Below, one piece after another: positions 62,341 to 64,000 of a DNA stretch of 64,000 nt. A program made the translations under genes and the position numbers. The first letter of the stretch is position 1, and every line of letters starts with the position of its first letter. The DNA comes from Lama glama (taxonomy: Eukaryota), in NCBI GenBank assembly GCA_028534125.1, contig CM052816.1, positions 9,240,001 through 9,304,000 of the forward strand, in the 5' to 3' direction. The notes beneath the pieces were generated by a model. The model was not told the DNA's origin. It was given only the letters and a program-made list of their open reading frames with translations, and did no database searches.

Positions 62341-63954
62341 CTATGCTCCAGAATTCAGAGACTGAAACTTATATTTTTCTTCTGCTGCACACATTAGTTG
62401 TAAATACCCCTGGACTGATTCTGGTCTAGGTATATATATATATTTTTTTGGCAGTGGGTACATCAGAAACATTCTAAGCATTGTGTCATGATAGTTCCTA
62501 TTTCCCAGGTCCCTTTTTCCCAGGTTCCTTCTCCCAATAATGATCTCAGTGGGGCGGCCCACCCTGCCCTGCCACTTTGCACACCTGTCAGCTTGCATCT
62601 CAGGATAAAGTTCTCATTTGACAGATTCCGAGAACTTGCTGTCCAGGCAAAGACAACTTTATGATGATGAATCCAACACAAACCTTATGTAACCAACCTG
62701 TCGGTAAATAGAGGGACAGAAAGACACTGACAAATATGTCCTGCCCCCAAAAGAAACAAAGCAGAACAAAAGAATATAGAAAGCAAGGAACTGAGATAGG
62801 CCTAAAATGCTCTTGCTTGTCAGAACTCTTAAAACTAATCAAAGATCTAAAAGTATTCCTAATCAGACACGAATTAAGCTAAACTCCCTTTTAGCTGGGA
62901 GTTTATGAATTAACATTCATAGCTGAGTTTTTAACTGAAATTACATTAGATTTTCCTCTAACTAAAAGAGTATATATGCAACATTGTTTATTAATATTTA
63001 CTGTCCATGGGACTTACAAATGATAAAAGTTTCCAACTTATAGAAAAAAAAACTGTGGGAAATTTCTACCCGCAGTGGCTTGAAATTCCTGGCAGGTCAT
63101 ACACAGTTAAGGAATCTCTAAATTTCCCTAAATGCTGAGGATATCCTAGTGAACTCTTACTGAGAAAAAGGAATAATTCTTTCCCCTCCCCCTATTACAG
63201 ATTATTTGTTTTTTCCCTGCGTTTTGTATTAAGGACCTGGAAGAAATAAAAATGTCTGCTGAAATGAATTTGTTAATGCGACAGCCCCAGGGAAAAGCTT
63301 CCCCAGTTGAGCCTGAGGGTATAATTCAATGACAATGCAGTGTTGAGAATACACCAGTTCCTGGTGCCCAGCCGGGTTCCCTGGCTTTAGCCCCATCTCT
63401 GACATCCTTGGCTTCTTACCTTGGGCAGGTCATCCCCCCTCTCAGGCTTTCGGTCTCTGTGGATGTCAAATGCTTTATTTTCTCTTCCAAGTCCAAGATC
63501 CCACAAGGCTATGAGGAGTGTGAAGATTAGCTGGAGAAGCTGCCTGCATTTCTGAGTGTTGGGCCCAGAGCAGGAGAAGAATGTGATAATAGGTATGAAA
63601 GCCCTTGGAGGAAAAGCAAAAGTGCTGAATGGCACATGCTCTCCAGTTCGCCATGGCACATTCTAGAAACACGGGCACCTAACTCTCTCCCGAGAGCTCA
63701 GGGCTCGCTCAGACACCCCATCGCTGAGCTGACAGGAAGCGGAGGAGACTAATGCTTTTCTGGTTGGGGACCTTGGCTGGGACAGAAGGAAAGAAAGAAG
63801 TGGAGTTAGCTTCATGAGCGAGTGAAATGGCAATGAACCCTGCAGGCTGATCGTCTCCAGGCTGGCGTTGCCAAGGAGGACGATCCACTCTGTCAAACCT
63901 GGGCCAAGCTCTGGCTCAGACACACAAGCAAAAATAGAAAGGGGGTGGGGGAAG

Positions 63955-64000
63955 AAATGTGTTTACTTTTGTGATTTTCCCTTGCTTGCTTCTTAACAGG
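63955..64000 (+). other. Candidate 3' splice acceptor at the window edge
   Basis: AG-free pyrimidine-rich stretch tttacttttgtgattttcccttgcttgcttcttaacAG/g with the AG at 63998-63999. Confidence 0.4.

Noticed and set aside
63413..63510. Minus-strand exon with a CAAG/gtaaga donor
   Set aside because: The donor lies in a decayed MIR core, the segment contains AATAAA, and no other minus-strand exon supports it.
1..64000. CRISPR arrays, operons, rRNA or other prokaryotic systems
   Set aside because: The sequence is mammalian and repeat-rich; no repeat-spacer array, rRNA similarity or gene-dense region was seen.

Overview
Mammalian genomic DNA, most likely camelid, judged from two vic-1-like tRNA-Ala(AGC)-derived SINEs and matching young L1 3' ends. 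There is a 500-nt assembly gap at 15391-15890. I recognise no protein-coding gene. The window reads as intronic or intergenic DNA dense in old repeats (MIR, L2, L3/CR1, L1M, hAT MITEs, Charlie1a, MLT1/LTR33) with a few younger TSD-flanked insertions. The only protein-like ORFs are L1 ORF2p C-terminal fragments. The main observations are: (i) two poly(A)-tailed retrocopies of non-L1, non-SINE, LTR-like transcripts (17743-18200 with a clear TSD, 49170-49350 with a degenerate one); (ii) a SINE plus internal L1 fragment bracketed by one TSD (534-789); (iii) an old ~290-bp local duplication pasted into a MIR (45521-45832 to 46836-47120); (iv) a double L1 insertion at one target site; (v) a MER53 hairpin retaining a miR-1302-like arm; (vi) + strand splice signals and antisense retroposon bias hinting at a large + strand host transcript. 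Repeat family names come from recalled consensus sequences, not a search, and boundaries of old repeats are approximate.
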